Shown here piece after piece: positions 1 through 18,774 of a stretch of 64,000 nucleotides of DNA. The stretch lies in the NCBI RefSeq assembly GCF_009914755.1, contig NC_060931.1. One strand, written 5' to 3'. Within the stretch, counting starts at the first letter, position 1. The number at the start of each line of letters is the position of its first letter. The position numbers and the translations under genes are program-made. Under the pieces are notes generated by a model. It was not told the origin of the DNA, made no database searches, and saw nothing but the letters and a program-made list of their open reading frames with translations. This stretch comes from the human T2T-CHM13v2.0 reference genome, Homo sapiens.

Positions 1-797
1 TGGTATATTAAATGGTGTCCATTTTATGATCAGTAGGGATCATTTTGTTTAACATTTAATATTTCTGATGGAACTAATGGCAGGGTTTCAAATTATTACT
101 CTTAAAACTCATTTGAATTAGGGACGAAAGTTAAAAAAAAGGAAGAAATTCCAAGTGTTCTGTTTTTACTACTGTGAATGAGAATTACCAATTCTAATCT
201 TCTTTCTTTGCATTTATTCTGTATTTGGCAATTAGCTGTCCTGTACCAATGATATTTCTTTAGGTTAGTTCTAAAATCTATACTGTGAAATAATTTATGG
301 GCTTTCACAGAATTGTACTAAGTTATAGTGGAAAACGCAATGAGCCAGGCACCAGGCTTAGCTCTGGTTCTCTGGTCACTGTTTCATATCTCTGAGCCTC
401 TGGTCCTAAAATGTCAGCACATGTAAGGATATTTAACCTCACAAGTTAATTTGGAGGGTTAAATAATTTATTTAAAACATTTTAAAAGCAGCAAAATTTT
501 AAAAATGCTATTTATATTCTATTAATTATGTTAGTATTACCAGTATAGCAAAATAATATGGAAATTAACACAGGTTGTTGCCATTATTTTCAACTTTCCT
601 AACATAGTGTCAAAGAAATATTACATTGAGATGTTTATATACATCACTAAATTACAAACTTTTTCACAAATACGAATTTATCATAGGCATTTAAATATTA
701 AAATTATATGAAAAGACATATTCTATTCAAAAACTTAGAAGAATCATTAAAGAAATACCCAGATATATGTGTATTTTGATGAAAAATTAGGAAATAG

Positions 798-1699
798 GAG
801 GAGCCAAGATGGCCGAATAGGAACAGCTCCGGTCTACGGCTCCCAGAGTGAGCGACGCAGAAGATGGTGATTTCTGCATTTCCATCTCAGGTACCGGGTT
901 CACCTCACTACGGAGTGCGAGACAGTGGGCATAGGTCAGTGGGTGCGCGCACCACGCGCGAGCCGAAGCAGGGCGAGGCATTGCCTCACTTGGGAAGCGC
1001 AAGGGGTCAGGGAGTTCCCTTTCTGAGTCAAAGAAAGGGGTGACAGACGGCACCTGGAAAATCCGGTCACTCCCACCCGAATACTGCGCTTTTCCGGCGG
1101 GCTTAAAAAACGGCGCATCACGAGATTATATCCCGCACCTGGCTTGGAGGGTCCTACACCCACGGAGTCTCGCTGATTGCTAGCACAGCAGTCTGAGATC
1201 AAACTACAAGGCCGCAGCGAGGCGGGGGGAGGGGCGTCCGCCATTGCCAAGGCTTGATTAGGTAAACAAAGCAGCCTGGAAGCTCCAACTGGGTGGAGCC
1301 CACCACAGCTCAAGGAGGCCTGCCTGCCTCTGTAGGCTCCACCTCTGGGGGCAGGGCACAGACAAACAAAAAGACAGCAGTAACCTCTGCAGACTTAAAT
1401 GGCCCTGTCTGACAGCTTTGAAGAGAGCAGTGGTTCTCCCAGCACGCCGCTGGAGATCTGAGAACGGGCAGACTGCCTCCTCAAGTGGGTCCCTGACCCC
1501 TGACCCCTAAGCAACCTAACTGTGAGGCACCCCCAAGCAGGGGCACACTGACACCTCACATGGCAGGGTACTCCAACAGACCTGCAGCTGAGGGTCCTGT
1601 CTGTTAGAAGGAAAACTAACAAACAGAAAGGACATCCACACCAAAAACCCATCTGTACATCACCATCATCGAGGACCAAAAGTAGATAAAACCACAAAG
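798..1699. promoter_or_regulatory. L1 5'UTR bidirectional promoter (sense promoter + antisense promoter), CpG-rich
   Basis: YY1 site CAAGATGGCC at 805-814; CpG-rich 800-1250; AAACAAA SOX-type sites ~1264 and ~1364; antisense promoter activity is established for this region of young L1s. Confidence 0.85.
936..1244 (-). CDS. ORF0: L1 ORF0 (antisense ORF), 102-aa C-terminally extended form
   Basis: ATG at 1244-1242; MADAPPPASLRPCSLISDCCASNQRDSVGVGPSKPG... matches primate L1 ORF0; donors CAG|GTGCGG (1139/1138, +106) and CAG|GTGCCG (1054/1053, +191) present. Confidence 0.75.
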   Translation of the reverse strand: MADAPPPASLRPCSLISDCCASNQRDSVGVGPSKPGAGYNLVMRRFLSPPEKRSIRVGVTGFSRCRLSPLSLTQKGNSLTPCASQVRQCLALLRLARGARTH

Positions 1700-2716
1700 A
1701 TGGGGAAAAAACAGAACAGAAAAACTGGAAACTCTAAAAAGCAGAGCGCCTCTCCTCCTCCAAAGGAACGCAGTTCCTCACCAGCAACGGAACAAAGCTG
1801 GATGGAGAATGACTTTGACGAGCTGAGAGAAGAAGGCTTCAGACGATCAAATTACTCTGAGCTACGGAAGGACATTCAAACCAAAGGCAAAGAAGTTGAA
1901 AACTTTGAAAAAAATTTAGAAGAATGTATAACTAGAATAACCAATACAGAGAAGTGCTTAAAGGAGCTGATGGAGCTGAAAACCAAGGCTCGAGAACTAC
2001 ATGAAGAATGCAGAAGCCTCAGGAGACGATGCGATCAACTGGAAGAAAGGGTATCAGCGATGGAAGATGAAATGAATGAAATAAAGCGAGAAGGGAAGTT
2101 TAGAGAAAAAAGAATAAAAAGAAATGAGCAAAGCCTCCAAGAAATATGGGACTATGTGAAAAGACCAAATCTACGTCTGATTGGTGTACCTGAAAGTGAT
2201 GGGGAGAATGGAACCAAGTTGGAAAACACTCTGCAGGATATTATCCAGGAGAACTTCCCCAATCTAGCAAGGCAGGCCAACATTGAGATTCAGGAAATAC
2301 AGAGAACGCCACAAAGATACTCCTCGAGAAGAGCAACTCCAAGACACATAATTGTCAGATTCACCAAAGTTGAAATGAAGGAAAAAATGTTAAGGGCAGC
2401 CAGAGAGAAAGGTCGGGTTACCCACAAAGGGAAGCCCATCAGACTAACAGCTGATCGCTCAGCAGAAACCCTACAAGCCAGAAGAGAGGGGGGGCCAATA
2501 TTCAACATTCTTAAAGAAAAGAATTTTCAACCCAGAATTTCATATCCATCCAAACTAAGCTTCATAAGCGAAGGAGAAATAAAATACTTTACAGACAAGC
2601 AAATGCTGAGAGATTTTGTCACCACCAGGCCTGCCCTAAAAGAGCTCCTGAAGGAAGCACTAAACATGGAAAGGAACAACTGGTACCAGCCACTGCAAAA
2701 TCATGCCAAAATGTAA
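1700..2716 (+). CDS. L1 ORF1: L1 ORF1p (RNA-binding chaperone), intact 338 aa
   Basis: Full-length MGKKQNRK...QNHAKM; coiled coil, RRM (RPNLRLIGVPE), REKG and ARR motifs retained; YPAKLS reads YPSKLS. Confidence 0.96.
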   Translation: MGKKQNRKTGNSKKQSASPPPKERSSSPATEQSWMENDFDELREEGFRRSNYSELRKDIQTKGKEVENFEKNLEECITRITNTEKCLKELMELKTKARELHEECRSLRRRCDQLEERVSAMEDEMNEIKREGKFREKRIKRNEQSLQEIWDYVKRPNLRLIGVPESDGENGTKLENTLQDIIQENFPNLARQANIEIQEIQRTPQRYSSRRATPRHIIVRFTKVEMKEKMLRAAREKGRVTHKGKPIRLTADRSAETLQARREGGPIFNILKEKNFQPRISYPSKLSFISEGEIKYFTDKQMLRDFVTTRPALKELLKEALNMERNNWYQPLQNHAKM

Positions 2717-2779
2717 ACACCATCAAGACTAGGAATAAACTGCATCAACTAACGAGCAAAATAACCAGGTAACATCATA

Positions 2780-6606
<3,827 letters not shown>

Positions 6607-9479
6607 ACAATGAGATCACATGTACACAGGAAGGGGAATATGACACTCTGGGGACTGTTGTGGGGTGGGGTGAGGGGGGAGGGATAGCATTGGGAGATAT
6701 ACCTAATGCTAGATGACGAGTTAGTGGGTGCAGCACACCAGCATGGCACATGTATACATATGTAACTAACCTGCACATTGTGCACATGTACCCTAAAACT
6801 TAAAGTATAATTAAAAAAAAAAAAAAACTGGAAAAAACAAAAGAAAAATTAGGAAATAGTGAAAAGGAAACATAAAAGACCTATACTCTATTGTCACAAT
6901 TCATACAAAATATTAAAATATGTATATGCGACTATATATTACAGACTAAAAGAAGCAGCAGAACGAAGTGGTAGTGTGGTAGAAATTATTGTTATGAATA
7001 TTATATTTTCTTGTACTCAATAAGACATTTTACACTACTGACACAGACAGACGTGCTATCTCCTCAAAGCATAAGATACTTTATGTCTGGGATCATATGT
7101 CCAAGTTAATCAGACAGTGCCAAGGTAGATGAGAAGTGCTTCCAATTTCATGCAGTATTTGATTTACAAGGTAAAGGATTAGAACTCATAGGAAGAGAGG
7201 TTAAGCATGTCAGTTATGGTTCAAGAGAAGATGAAAAACTATCCTTCGTCATGGTGTCAGGTAATGTGTTGAAAGCTGGCATCCCTTTCCTTTCCTCCTT
7301 TTTGTTCAACCCCGTAAATAAATACTAAGTTAGTCACCTCTTTTACCGATACATAATATGTTTCCTTTTAATGTAATTCCTACCCAAATTTCTGGGAATC
7401 TACCATGTAAATCTTCTATATTCTTACACAATTCCATAGAGAATAAATTGAATTTCCTTTCCAGTCTAGTGAGATGAGGATCTGAAATAAATATAATTTG
7501 ATTTTTGGATAGAGAGATAAAATGACACTTCTTACACATGTTTGTAGTGTAAAATTCATGCCCATTACATGTAATAATGGGCTTTAAGGATGTTGAAATC
7601 GGGCAGAACTGGGTGTTATCTCTGGCTGTGCCTTTTATTGGCTCTGTGCCTCAGGCAAGTTCCTACACCCTTCTGAAATTCAGACTCCTGTAATAAGCAG
7701 ATAAGAAAATCTCATAGTTGAAGTAAATAATTCTTGTTATAATGTCTACAAAATACTTAGTATGCCCTTGAAACAGATTTATTAATTTCCCTTAACCATT
7801 GTTTATAGTTGTTACAGTAAACTTATTCTGTTCTACTATGATCAAAATATCTTATGTCACAGTAGAAATGCCAGCCTATATTTTTATCAGGCAAAATTAT
7901 AAGGCATGTTTGAAATATCTGTAAATATTTTGACCTTTCACAATGCATTGAAAATTCTTTCTTATAGGTAGATGAGAAGATAATTGAAAAGGTTTCATGA
8001 AAAAATAATTTAAATTAGAAAAAGTACATTATTTTTCTAATATGAGACATTCTTTCAAAAGGAATATAACTGCCGATTCATTAAAATATTTTGTTGAGAA
8101 TCTCTAAAAGTTACAACATTACATAGAATGCGTGTGAAAATCATCAAATAAAACAGCGTCCTCTTTAATATATCTGATAAATTTAAAGTCATTTATATGA
8201 ATAGACACTAATATTGCTGTTTCTGTTATCTAATGAGCAAGACCTTAATTTAGATGTGTGAAGGTATTGAATTATCATGAACGAACAGTGTTAATATAAT
8301 TGCGTATTAACACCCTATGTTATCATATGAAAAATATCACATAGACCACTATCTGGCTTTACTTGGAAGGACTTTCAAAATCTGATTGCTACCCAGTGGA
8401 TTTCTGTTTTGGAAGAGTGTGAAATAGATCGCATATGCAAGTAATAAGACTGAAAATCCTAAGACCAATGTACACAATTAAACTGCATAACTTAAATGTC
8501 TTACATGGGCTGAAAGAGTTTTCACTGTAGAAATACATGAATAAAACTTTAGCTATACTGATTCTAATTGCTTTAGCAGATGCTATGAGCATATCATATA
8601 AGTTATTGTGCTATATTTTATTACATGATTGCATCAGTTTTCAACGACTGTTTTTAGCTTTCAAGACCACTCTCTCCCCTTTGTCTTTTGGATTTCCTGA
8701 ATGTTATTAGACTGTGGTGAGGTAAGGCATTAGAGGAAATAATAACTGTGCTAATGTCTAATCCAAAGTCTTATAAATTATAAACCATTGGTGACTTCAT
8801 GGCAATAAATTTCCTAAATCTCAATGTTGTCCAAGTCATAAATTTAGGTAACAAAGTTGTAATTTTAGTTGTTGTGTTTAATGATTAAAACGTAAATGAT
8901 GTTTGTAAAAGAAAAAGAAAAGAAAGGAAACCTTTATATATGTGATAGGATGAATATTTTAGGTGGGAAATTGCATAAAATTATGTGAAAACTAATAGTT
9001 GGACGGTATTGAAAGAATGTATGTTATCATATATTTTTTTCAAATGGCATTTTCTGCCTTTCTGTTTCTCACAAAAGACACTTTGTATGCCAGTTATACT
9101 AAATTATTGAATATTCCCCTGGTCATGCCATCCTTTTCTCATCTCTGCCTGAGACCCCTTCCTTCTGCCCTCACTCATCCTCAGCCCCCAGCCTGAGGGT
9201 GACCTTCTTTTCCTTTGAGATTAAATTCAAAAGTCACTTCCTGGAAGTCTTCAGAGATTCCTGCTGATATAATTAGTTAGTCTTCCTTTGCACATACTTG
9301 AATTAACAATAGTATACAGGCAATAACTATACAGGGTGAAACTACTGGCTTCAGCAAATAAAGAGTGTAATAAGATCTCAAAGGAAATATTGTGACATAT
9401 TGCACTTTGATCAAAAGAGATCCTTCTGCAGATCAAATTTATCCATAATTTACTTTTCCTTAAAAGGCGACTTTAGATA

Positions 9480-9660
9480 TACACTGTGCAATACTACAGT
9501 CACACATTGCATGTGGTTATTTAATTTAAACTAATCAAAAGGCAAAATTCCATTCATCAGCTTCATGAGTCACATTTCAAGATGTCAATAGTCACATATG
9601 GCTAGTGGCTTCCATAATGGATAAAGGCAAATATAGAATATTTCCATTGAACAACACGTG
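9480..9660 (-). mobile_element. MER3-like hAT-Charlie MITE
   Basis: gtcacatttcaagatgtcaatagtcacatatggctagtggct...atatagaatatttccat resembles recalled MER3 consensus; degenerate. Confidence 0.6.
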
Positions 9661-11214
9661 TCCAAATTCTGAATCCTATGCCCTTAACAGCACACAATAT
9701 AGAGTCAGCAGTCAGAGGACCTCCAGGAAGAGAAATTTTGACATGAGATCACAATCGTACTAGAAAAAGTCCATGAGATCTAGAAGGAGGGATCACACTG
9801 AAAACATTAGTTTAGTTTTTGGGTTAATTCTTTTTTAGGCCAGGAGTTATGCGAAGTGGTGTTTAATGGCAGGACAGATGAAAAAATACTCACTCTATTT
9901 TTCCTGTATGTCATTCTTCATGTATTTGGAGTCACTTTTCCCTAATCTAAGCAGGTACAAATTTTACCTATTATGTAAAGATTAGGCCATGATGCACAGT
10001 ACATTAAATGTCCATTTATTTTCCCCAGCAGAGAAAAATGTTTTCTCTCTGGAACTTGCATAGCAATCTATCCATACCTTTCTTCTGTTATTTTCTTTAA
10101 ACTTCAAACTTGATATTCGGTGATGCATGTATTCCTTTTTTTATTAGATTTTTTTAAAGGTGAGGGACAAATCTAAGTACATTTCTTTCAAATATAAATA
10201 TAGAGCTTTGCACTGAGTTAAAGCTCATAAAAGAATCAATGAATGAGTGAAAAAATTAGTAACTGGTTGGAAGAGACTGTGGAAAAACTACATACAGGGA
10301 GTAGCAAAGACACATCCCAGGAACTAATATTTTCGCCTTCAGGAGCTAATAAGTTAAGGATCTGACACAGATGTGAACACAATTGTGTAGGAGATGTTAG
10401 CCTACAAAATTCAAATATTACCAAGTTTTAAAGTGAGTTTTGGGAAACATGATACTCTTTAACGTCTTGGTGGTATGTGTGTTATTATTAATATATTATT
10501 GATGCTTACAGACTTCAAATATTAGTCTACTCTTGTTATAAAAGATTAAAAAATAAAACCTATAGTTCAAAGTCCCTTTATCTTTATAATCTTGTTCCTC
10601 CTTAATTTTCACTGGGCCTTGTAATTCTTCACCTGATTTTTATATTAAGCTTATCAATAAATATTACCCCTCTGAAAAGGGTCAGCCTCACTGATAGGCA
10701 AAATTATCAACTTATTTCTTTGTGGAACATAAACTTATTTCTGATTAACGTAATGTCTCTCCTGTGTATCCCATCATTCCAGTTGTTTTTTTCCTGACTG
10801 TTTTTGCTCAATAGGAATTACTGCAGGCAGCTCTGGGATGTAGGCAAGCGGAGGAGGAAACTGGAGAAGCTGCTTGGGTTTGTGAAATATAATTTTCTGT
10901 TTACAGAAATATATAATTTATTTTTTATATGATCACCTTGTATTTATTTTTGAGACTTTGCTAATTTATGTAAGTCTTTGAAGCACTAATATAAATATTA
11001 ATGATTCAGTAGATACATATTAAGCTGTTACTATGTAAGGTTTATATAGGTATTTGGAATACGGAGGTGAAAGATCTAGTTGTGAATCTCAAGGAGTATA
11101 CCACGAAGTACAACAAAAATTATATAACAATAATACATTACAGACACTATTACAGAGTTTATAAATTATTTGTTAGCTATTTTCATTTAACATTTAAGTG
11201 TTAACATTGCCTTA

Positions 11215-11400
11215 AAACTTCATGTATATATTATTTCACTTAATCTTCATGACAACCCTACTATTATTATAATACCTGCTTTGCAGACGAGAAAATTGAG
11301 ACATTTTGCCTATAACATCAAATCACAAAGCTAATAATGGAGGGAATAAGAATTCGATAACATCTTTTTCCAAAAACATGGTTTTAACCACTATATAAAA
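11215..11400 (-). mobile_element. MIR relic
   Basis: atttcacttaatcttcatgacaacccta..tttgcagacgagaaaattgag..tcacaaagctaataatggag core. Confidence 0.6.
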
Positions 11401-13560
11401 ATGCAAGATTCACAAACATAATATTATTTACACTAAACACACTAAAGTAGTAGAAACAATTTTATTTTAGTGTACTTATAATACACTAAAACTATTTTAT
11501 TTTAGAGTATTCATAACACACTAAAATACTAGAAACTGGAAACCATCGGAGTTCAGTGTGAGTACAGTGAATGTTCTGTTTTAGTATATAAATAATAGCT
11601 TTATTTGATTGAGTCCTTCAAAATATATTTTGTAGAAAGACGTGTGTGTATGGGTGTGGGTGTGTGTGTCTGTGTGGACTGGATGTGAGTGTAGGAGGCC
11701 AGTAGAATCCACAGAGAGAGGGCAGAGGAAAGCAGGGAGACAGATTAATCTATCTAGAGAAAATAGCACCAGCAAAATTTCCAAAGAAAATAAATATGAT
11801 TCATACTTGAAGAATAACATAAAGTTGAGTTTGGACAATGAGGAATACATACATATATTAAAAGATGAAGCTGGAAAATAAATGTGGGGGCCAAACTGTG
11901 GAGAGTTTTCTATGCCAAAATAAGCAATTTAGTCTGTATTCAGAAGGTGCCAGTGACACAGTGATAATTTTAGTTGCAGAACAATAGCATCAAAGAGGTG
12001 CAATATGATGATGAATCTGACAGGGATGATTTAGAGACACACAAGCCTGGCAGCAGGCAAAGAACGATTTGCCATAGCTTGGGAAGGGAAGAATTAGGTC
12101 TTTCCATGCATTATGGCCGTTTACAGGAATTTTAAGTGTTGTATGCTGCAACTTGGTCAAGTCACTTAGCTTCTTTAACTCATGTTTCTCAACATCTGTT
12201 GCATCAGAATCCTCTTTGATGTTCCAACAAAGCTATGGCTTAAAAAAAGCTAAAAAAAAAAAAAAAGCTAAAAAAATGAAGCAAATCATACATATGTTTT
12301 ATCAGCAATCTTAAAAATTTATAGACTTTATGTAGTCATGGTAAGGCAAAGGTCTTTCCATTTCTAACACGGTGTAATTTTAAGGTCGTATCACTCTGAA
12401 CATCTACATTTACATCTGCTTTTATTCTTTGTCTCCATCCTTCTAAATAAATACAGAGATTATCCTGATTTTTAAAATCTCTTTTCCTTTGCACTGTCTA
12501 CATACTATTATATGGAATTCACTTATTTTTATAAATTAAATTATTGAACCTCAGCCCTCATTCTTCTGCTAATCAAACTGCTTAAACTTGGTTTCCTGGC
12601 CTGTATGAAATTTCCTTACTTTCCACAGTTATTTCAAAATTGCAAGCTATTAAGAGTCCTTGGATCTTCAAAAGAATATGAAAGCAATTACTAATTATAA
12701 GCTTCATAAAATTAGCCTGTCAGAAGTAGTTATTTAACAATATACATTGTGGGAAGATGCAAAGAAATGTAACCCTGATCTCTGTCACTAAGTGCTGAGG
12801 AATTTAAAATATAAACTCACATGAATAAAGAAAGTATAATTTTCTGCCTTGTTTATAATGTATTAACCCTACCTTAGATTTAACTATGATTTACAGCCAT
12901 ATTCCATTAGAATTTCACCTTTCCCTTCAATAAAGCAAACAATAAATTCCTGCAAATAAGGTACTACTATTAATTGAAAGAAGAACCTCAGTGAAAGATA
13001 AAAGTTTAAGGAAGATGTGTACCTATAAGGAAATTTAGGTCTGAGTATATTAACTTCTTTATATAAATTAATAGTTTTGAGTAGCTTTAGATGTATAATA
13101 ATTATAATATTTAGTTTTAAATCTAAAATATAGTTGTTAACTAAAATATTTTGAATCACTAATTATTGTTATTATGCTTACTCAAATAACAACCACTATT
13201 TTTTCAAAAACTACACTTTAGGAAAAAAATCTCAGCAACTACAACTACAAAGCAACTATAATTGTTTAATAATTGTTTTGATAAAAATGCATTTTACCTA
13301 TTTAATGGTAAAATTATTCCAGTTATATAAATATAATCCAGTTTAATATTCATGTATAACCTCTATGATTGATCTTTAGTTATATCTAGGCTAGAATTTT
13401 TTTTACTGATTAAAACCTCTGTTTCTAGAGAATCTCTACTAGAATCTAAAATAGAAGGAAAGATAATATTTATTATTGAGCTAGACAACATTCCCAGAAA
13501 GTTTACCTACAGACTGAATCTAAGTAGAAATGCTTTGCCTCTGCCCTCATTGACTTCAAC

Positions 13561-14142
<582 letters not shown>

Positions 14143-14619
14143 ATTGACTTTGACTTCTATTGTATCCATTCAAGCACTTCTCTATTGTAGCAGAAATCTT
14201 ACCTTTGATATTGGTCTCCAGGCATTATATGGCTTTTCTGTGACTAAGAATTTCCCCATTACTTAACCTTTAAGGTGCATGTAGTAAAAATATTATGGTT
14301 TATCAATTATGAAATCCAGATTCTGTGCCTCATTGTAAAATTATTGATTGCATATTCTAAAACAAGTTTTAAAAATATCTTTGAAGTGTCAATATTCTTA
14401 TCTATGTAATGGAAATCCTCTACCGATTCCAGGATTAAATGAAATAAAAATGTGTATTAACATAAGGAAGCATATGTAAAACCTATAGAAATTTAGTTAA
14501 TTATAACTTATTACCACAGATACACTTATGGGACACTTATGGTATATCTTTGTTATGATAGATAGCATATGAATAATTCATTTTCTAGGATAATTATTGC
14601 TAATAACTGTTAAGCAGCT

Positions 14620-14790
14620 ATTAGCCAAGAACAATCTTTTAAGTGCTTTGTAGGTATTTACTTTTTTATCCTCATAATGCCCCTTGAAATACATGGTGTG
14701 ATTGTTCCACTTTTGTAGATAAAGTAGCAAAGAGACAAAACCAAGTAAAGTAATGATTAATTTCACACAGCTGGTTTGTAGAAAAACCAC
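14620..14790 (-). mobile_element. MIR relic
   Basis: aagtgcttt..ttatcctcataa..cacttttgtagataa..tcacacagctggt. Confidence 0.5.
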
Positions 14791-16589
14791 ATAACCTATT
14801 TCCAGAAACAGTAGTTAGTGGAGAGATCATAAAAACCTGATTTTTTTGTACTTGATTTACTCAACTATGCTACTTTATTGATACACTTCAGACATAAAGA
14901 GCTGTTATACCATATATACTGTCTCTTAATATGCCTTTGCAGTTCCTGTAGTTCAAGCATATATTAGATCCCGAATTCACCTGAACTGAATTTACCGTGA
15001 CAGATAATGGTGTATTTAACATGGTCTTCATGTTACACTATTAACATAGTAAAGGTAAATAGAATGAATTAACGTATTTTCTACTTCATTTGCAAAAATA
15101 TATAAAGTCACTTTGTTTCTAAGTTTGTGAAAAGTTAGTATCATGTTACCCATTCCCATTCTAATAACAATATGTACATGCACAGAGCCCTTAGAGTTGG
15201 ATTAAATAGGATTTGCCCTCTTAAATTTAAGGGACCTGAATTTACCTGGGTTCCCCCAAAAAACATTGGGGCCATAATTCATCTGCTTTTTGTCATCATT
15301 AAAATTAATGGTAGAAACCAAGGAAAACAGAAAGCATGTGTGTTCAAACTTCATGTAGATTATCTTTTTAATAGGAGCTTAATTTGAGTTTATGCAGATA
15401 TCATATGCCTGCCATGGTATAATTATTCAGCTATGAATGCCTGTTAACTCCCAAGATGTATAACAATGAAAGGGAAAATTCTATCTTGGCTAGAATGAGA
15501 AAGTCCAGAACATGAACAATTTACAGCATTTTGCCCCAGTGAGACCTGGTAAAGTAAGCTGAGTCAGAAAGCAAATCAATGGTCTACAAAAAGTAAAGTA
15601 ATAGAATAATTGACTTGATCTCTCCATATGTGCATTTTAAGTCTTCTATATTCAAAACACCATTATTTTTATTTGTGATCTTATGATTTCTTAAAGCATC
15701 AATGTTTTTAGTTCCAAATTGTGAAAGTAAAGCTATTATTTTTTTACCACTTCTTTTTATAAACGTGTTTGTCAAATCCATGATTAGACATCACTGGGAA
15801 ATTTTATCAACCTAAATGTAAATATGTCAACAGAAAGGAGCATATGTCCTGTAAAAAGAATTGGAATCTAGTCATATGGTTTCTTTACATTTCAAGATTT
15901 TTTTCAGAGATGCCATCTGGGAAGTGACGAGGCCAAAAGGATTAACATTTTATTTATACCAAACTTTGTTTCAGCAAAGCCTTGTCATTCAAGCGCTGTC
16001 ATAATGGTATGATGTAACTATATGATTTTCTTTTAGCAAATTAGTGAAGACTTCAAAAATAATTGTTATTTTGACAAAGTTATTCTGGGAAAGAGACAAT
16101 TCTGTCAATTCTTAGCGATAATGCACATTTTAGAGAATAATTTGGGAATTTGGAGGATCCTTAAAAATGTCCATAAAATTTAACTTGATTATTTTACTGT
16201 GAATATATCTTTATGAAAAGAAAAGAAAAAAAATCAAAGCAAGAAGTTCATCATGGTGAACTCAGTATTTAAAATACTGAAAAATGTTAATGCCAGTTGG
16301 GGGGAATGGCAAAGTATTGCCTAACTATGTAATTGATTATGAGATAGGTGTTAAAAATAGATGTTTAATAACTCTACTATTTCATTGTGGAAGCAACATG
16401 AAATATTGTGACAACTATTTAAGATGTGTGGAGAAACACTTTGAAGAAAATGCATTAAAATATTAGGTCTTTAACATATGGAATTTGGGAATTTATTCTA
16501 TTTTATAAATGTTTTTCTCTATTTTAAATACTTTTTACAATGACCATACAAGATATGTATTACAATAAGTAGGGTCCCTGTATCCCATT

Positions 16590-16836
16590 ATGTAAGTCCT
16601 TAAACTGACAGTGCATGGAGTGAATCTAGCCCAGAGACATGCTTTATTTACTTGACACAGAGTTGTGAAATCTTGAATTTGAAGGCCTTTTCATGAAACC
16701 TAAGGGGTTTTCAAGGGAGAATTTAATGTTTCAATTACTCCCTATTATTTTGCATTTTTAAAAAATCTATTACTATGTTTCTATATTTTTATATCACCTG
16801 CATGAGCACTGTAGACATTTGAGTTTGCAACCCCTC
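16590..16836. mobile_element. MER102-like hAT MITE relic
   Basis: aatctagcccagagacatgctttattt...tttgagtttgcaacccct resembles recalled MER102 ends; heavily diverged. Confidence 0.4.
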
Positions 16837-17528
16837 TAAACCATTGTAACTCATTTGATCTCCAAAACTATCCTGCATTTATCTTCTAAATACTTGCCAT
16901 TCTTTAGCTTTACTTCAAATAGCAAAGTTTTCAGAGGGTTGTGGTCTTGCTCTCCTATCTCATGGTGGAGGTACTATATAGTTTAGCAATTAATCATGGT
17001 TGGACAAGGAAGTTAATGGAAACATCAAAGTGATTTGAAACTCTAGTTTAATTGTCATAGTATCATAAATCTCCATAGCTTTTCACTCATTGCTTTATTA
17101 TTATACATGTAATTATGTAATATATATGTTATATATATACATATATATACACACATACTGCTATTTAACAGTATGTCTCTGTTTTATTTAGAAAAAGAAA
17201 ACCCTGACTGTTTCAAATATTTATGTCTAAATTAAGTGTTGAACTGTAGGGATATATATTTAATGATTGCAAAATACAGGCAGGGCGGTTCTTAGTTACG
17301 TAGATATTAAGTGACTTCTTTTGCTATCAGCTTAATCACCATAGAGGTACTCTGTATTACCAGTTGAATTGACTTTTAGGTCATTATTTATAATCCACTA
17401 TAATTAATACTTGAATTATTTATAAATAATTTCTCTCACTGGTAAAAAATTTTTGTCTAGAGATCAAGACATCTTTGCATCAAATAAACAATTATACTTA
17501 CATTATCTAGAATGAATCAGGCATTTAA

Positions 17529-18774
<1,246 letters not shown>

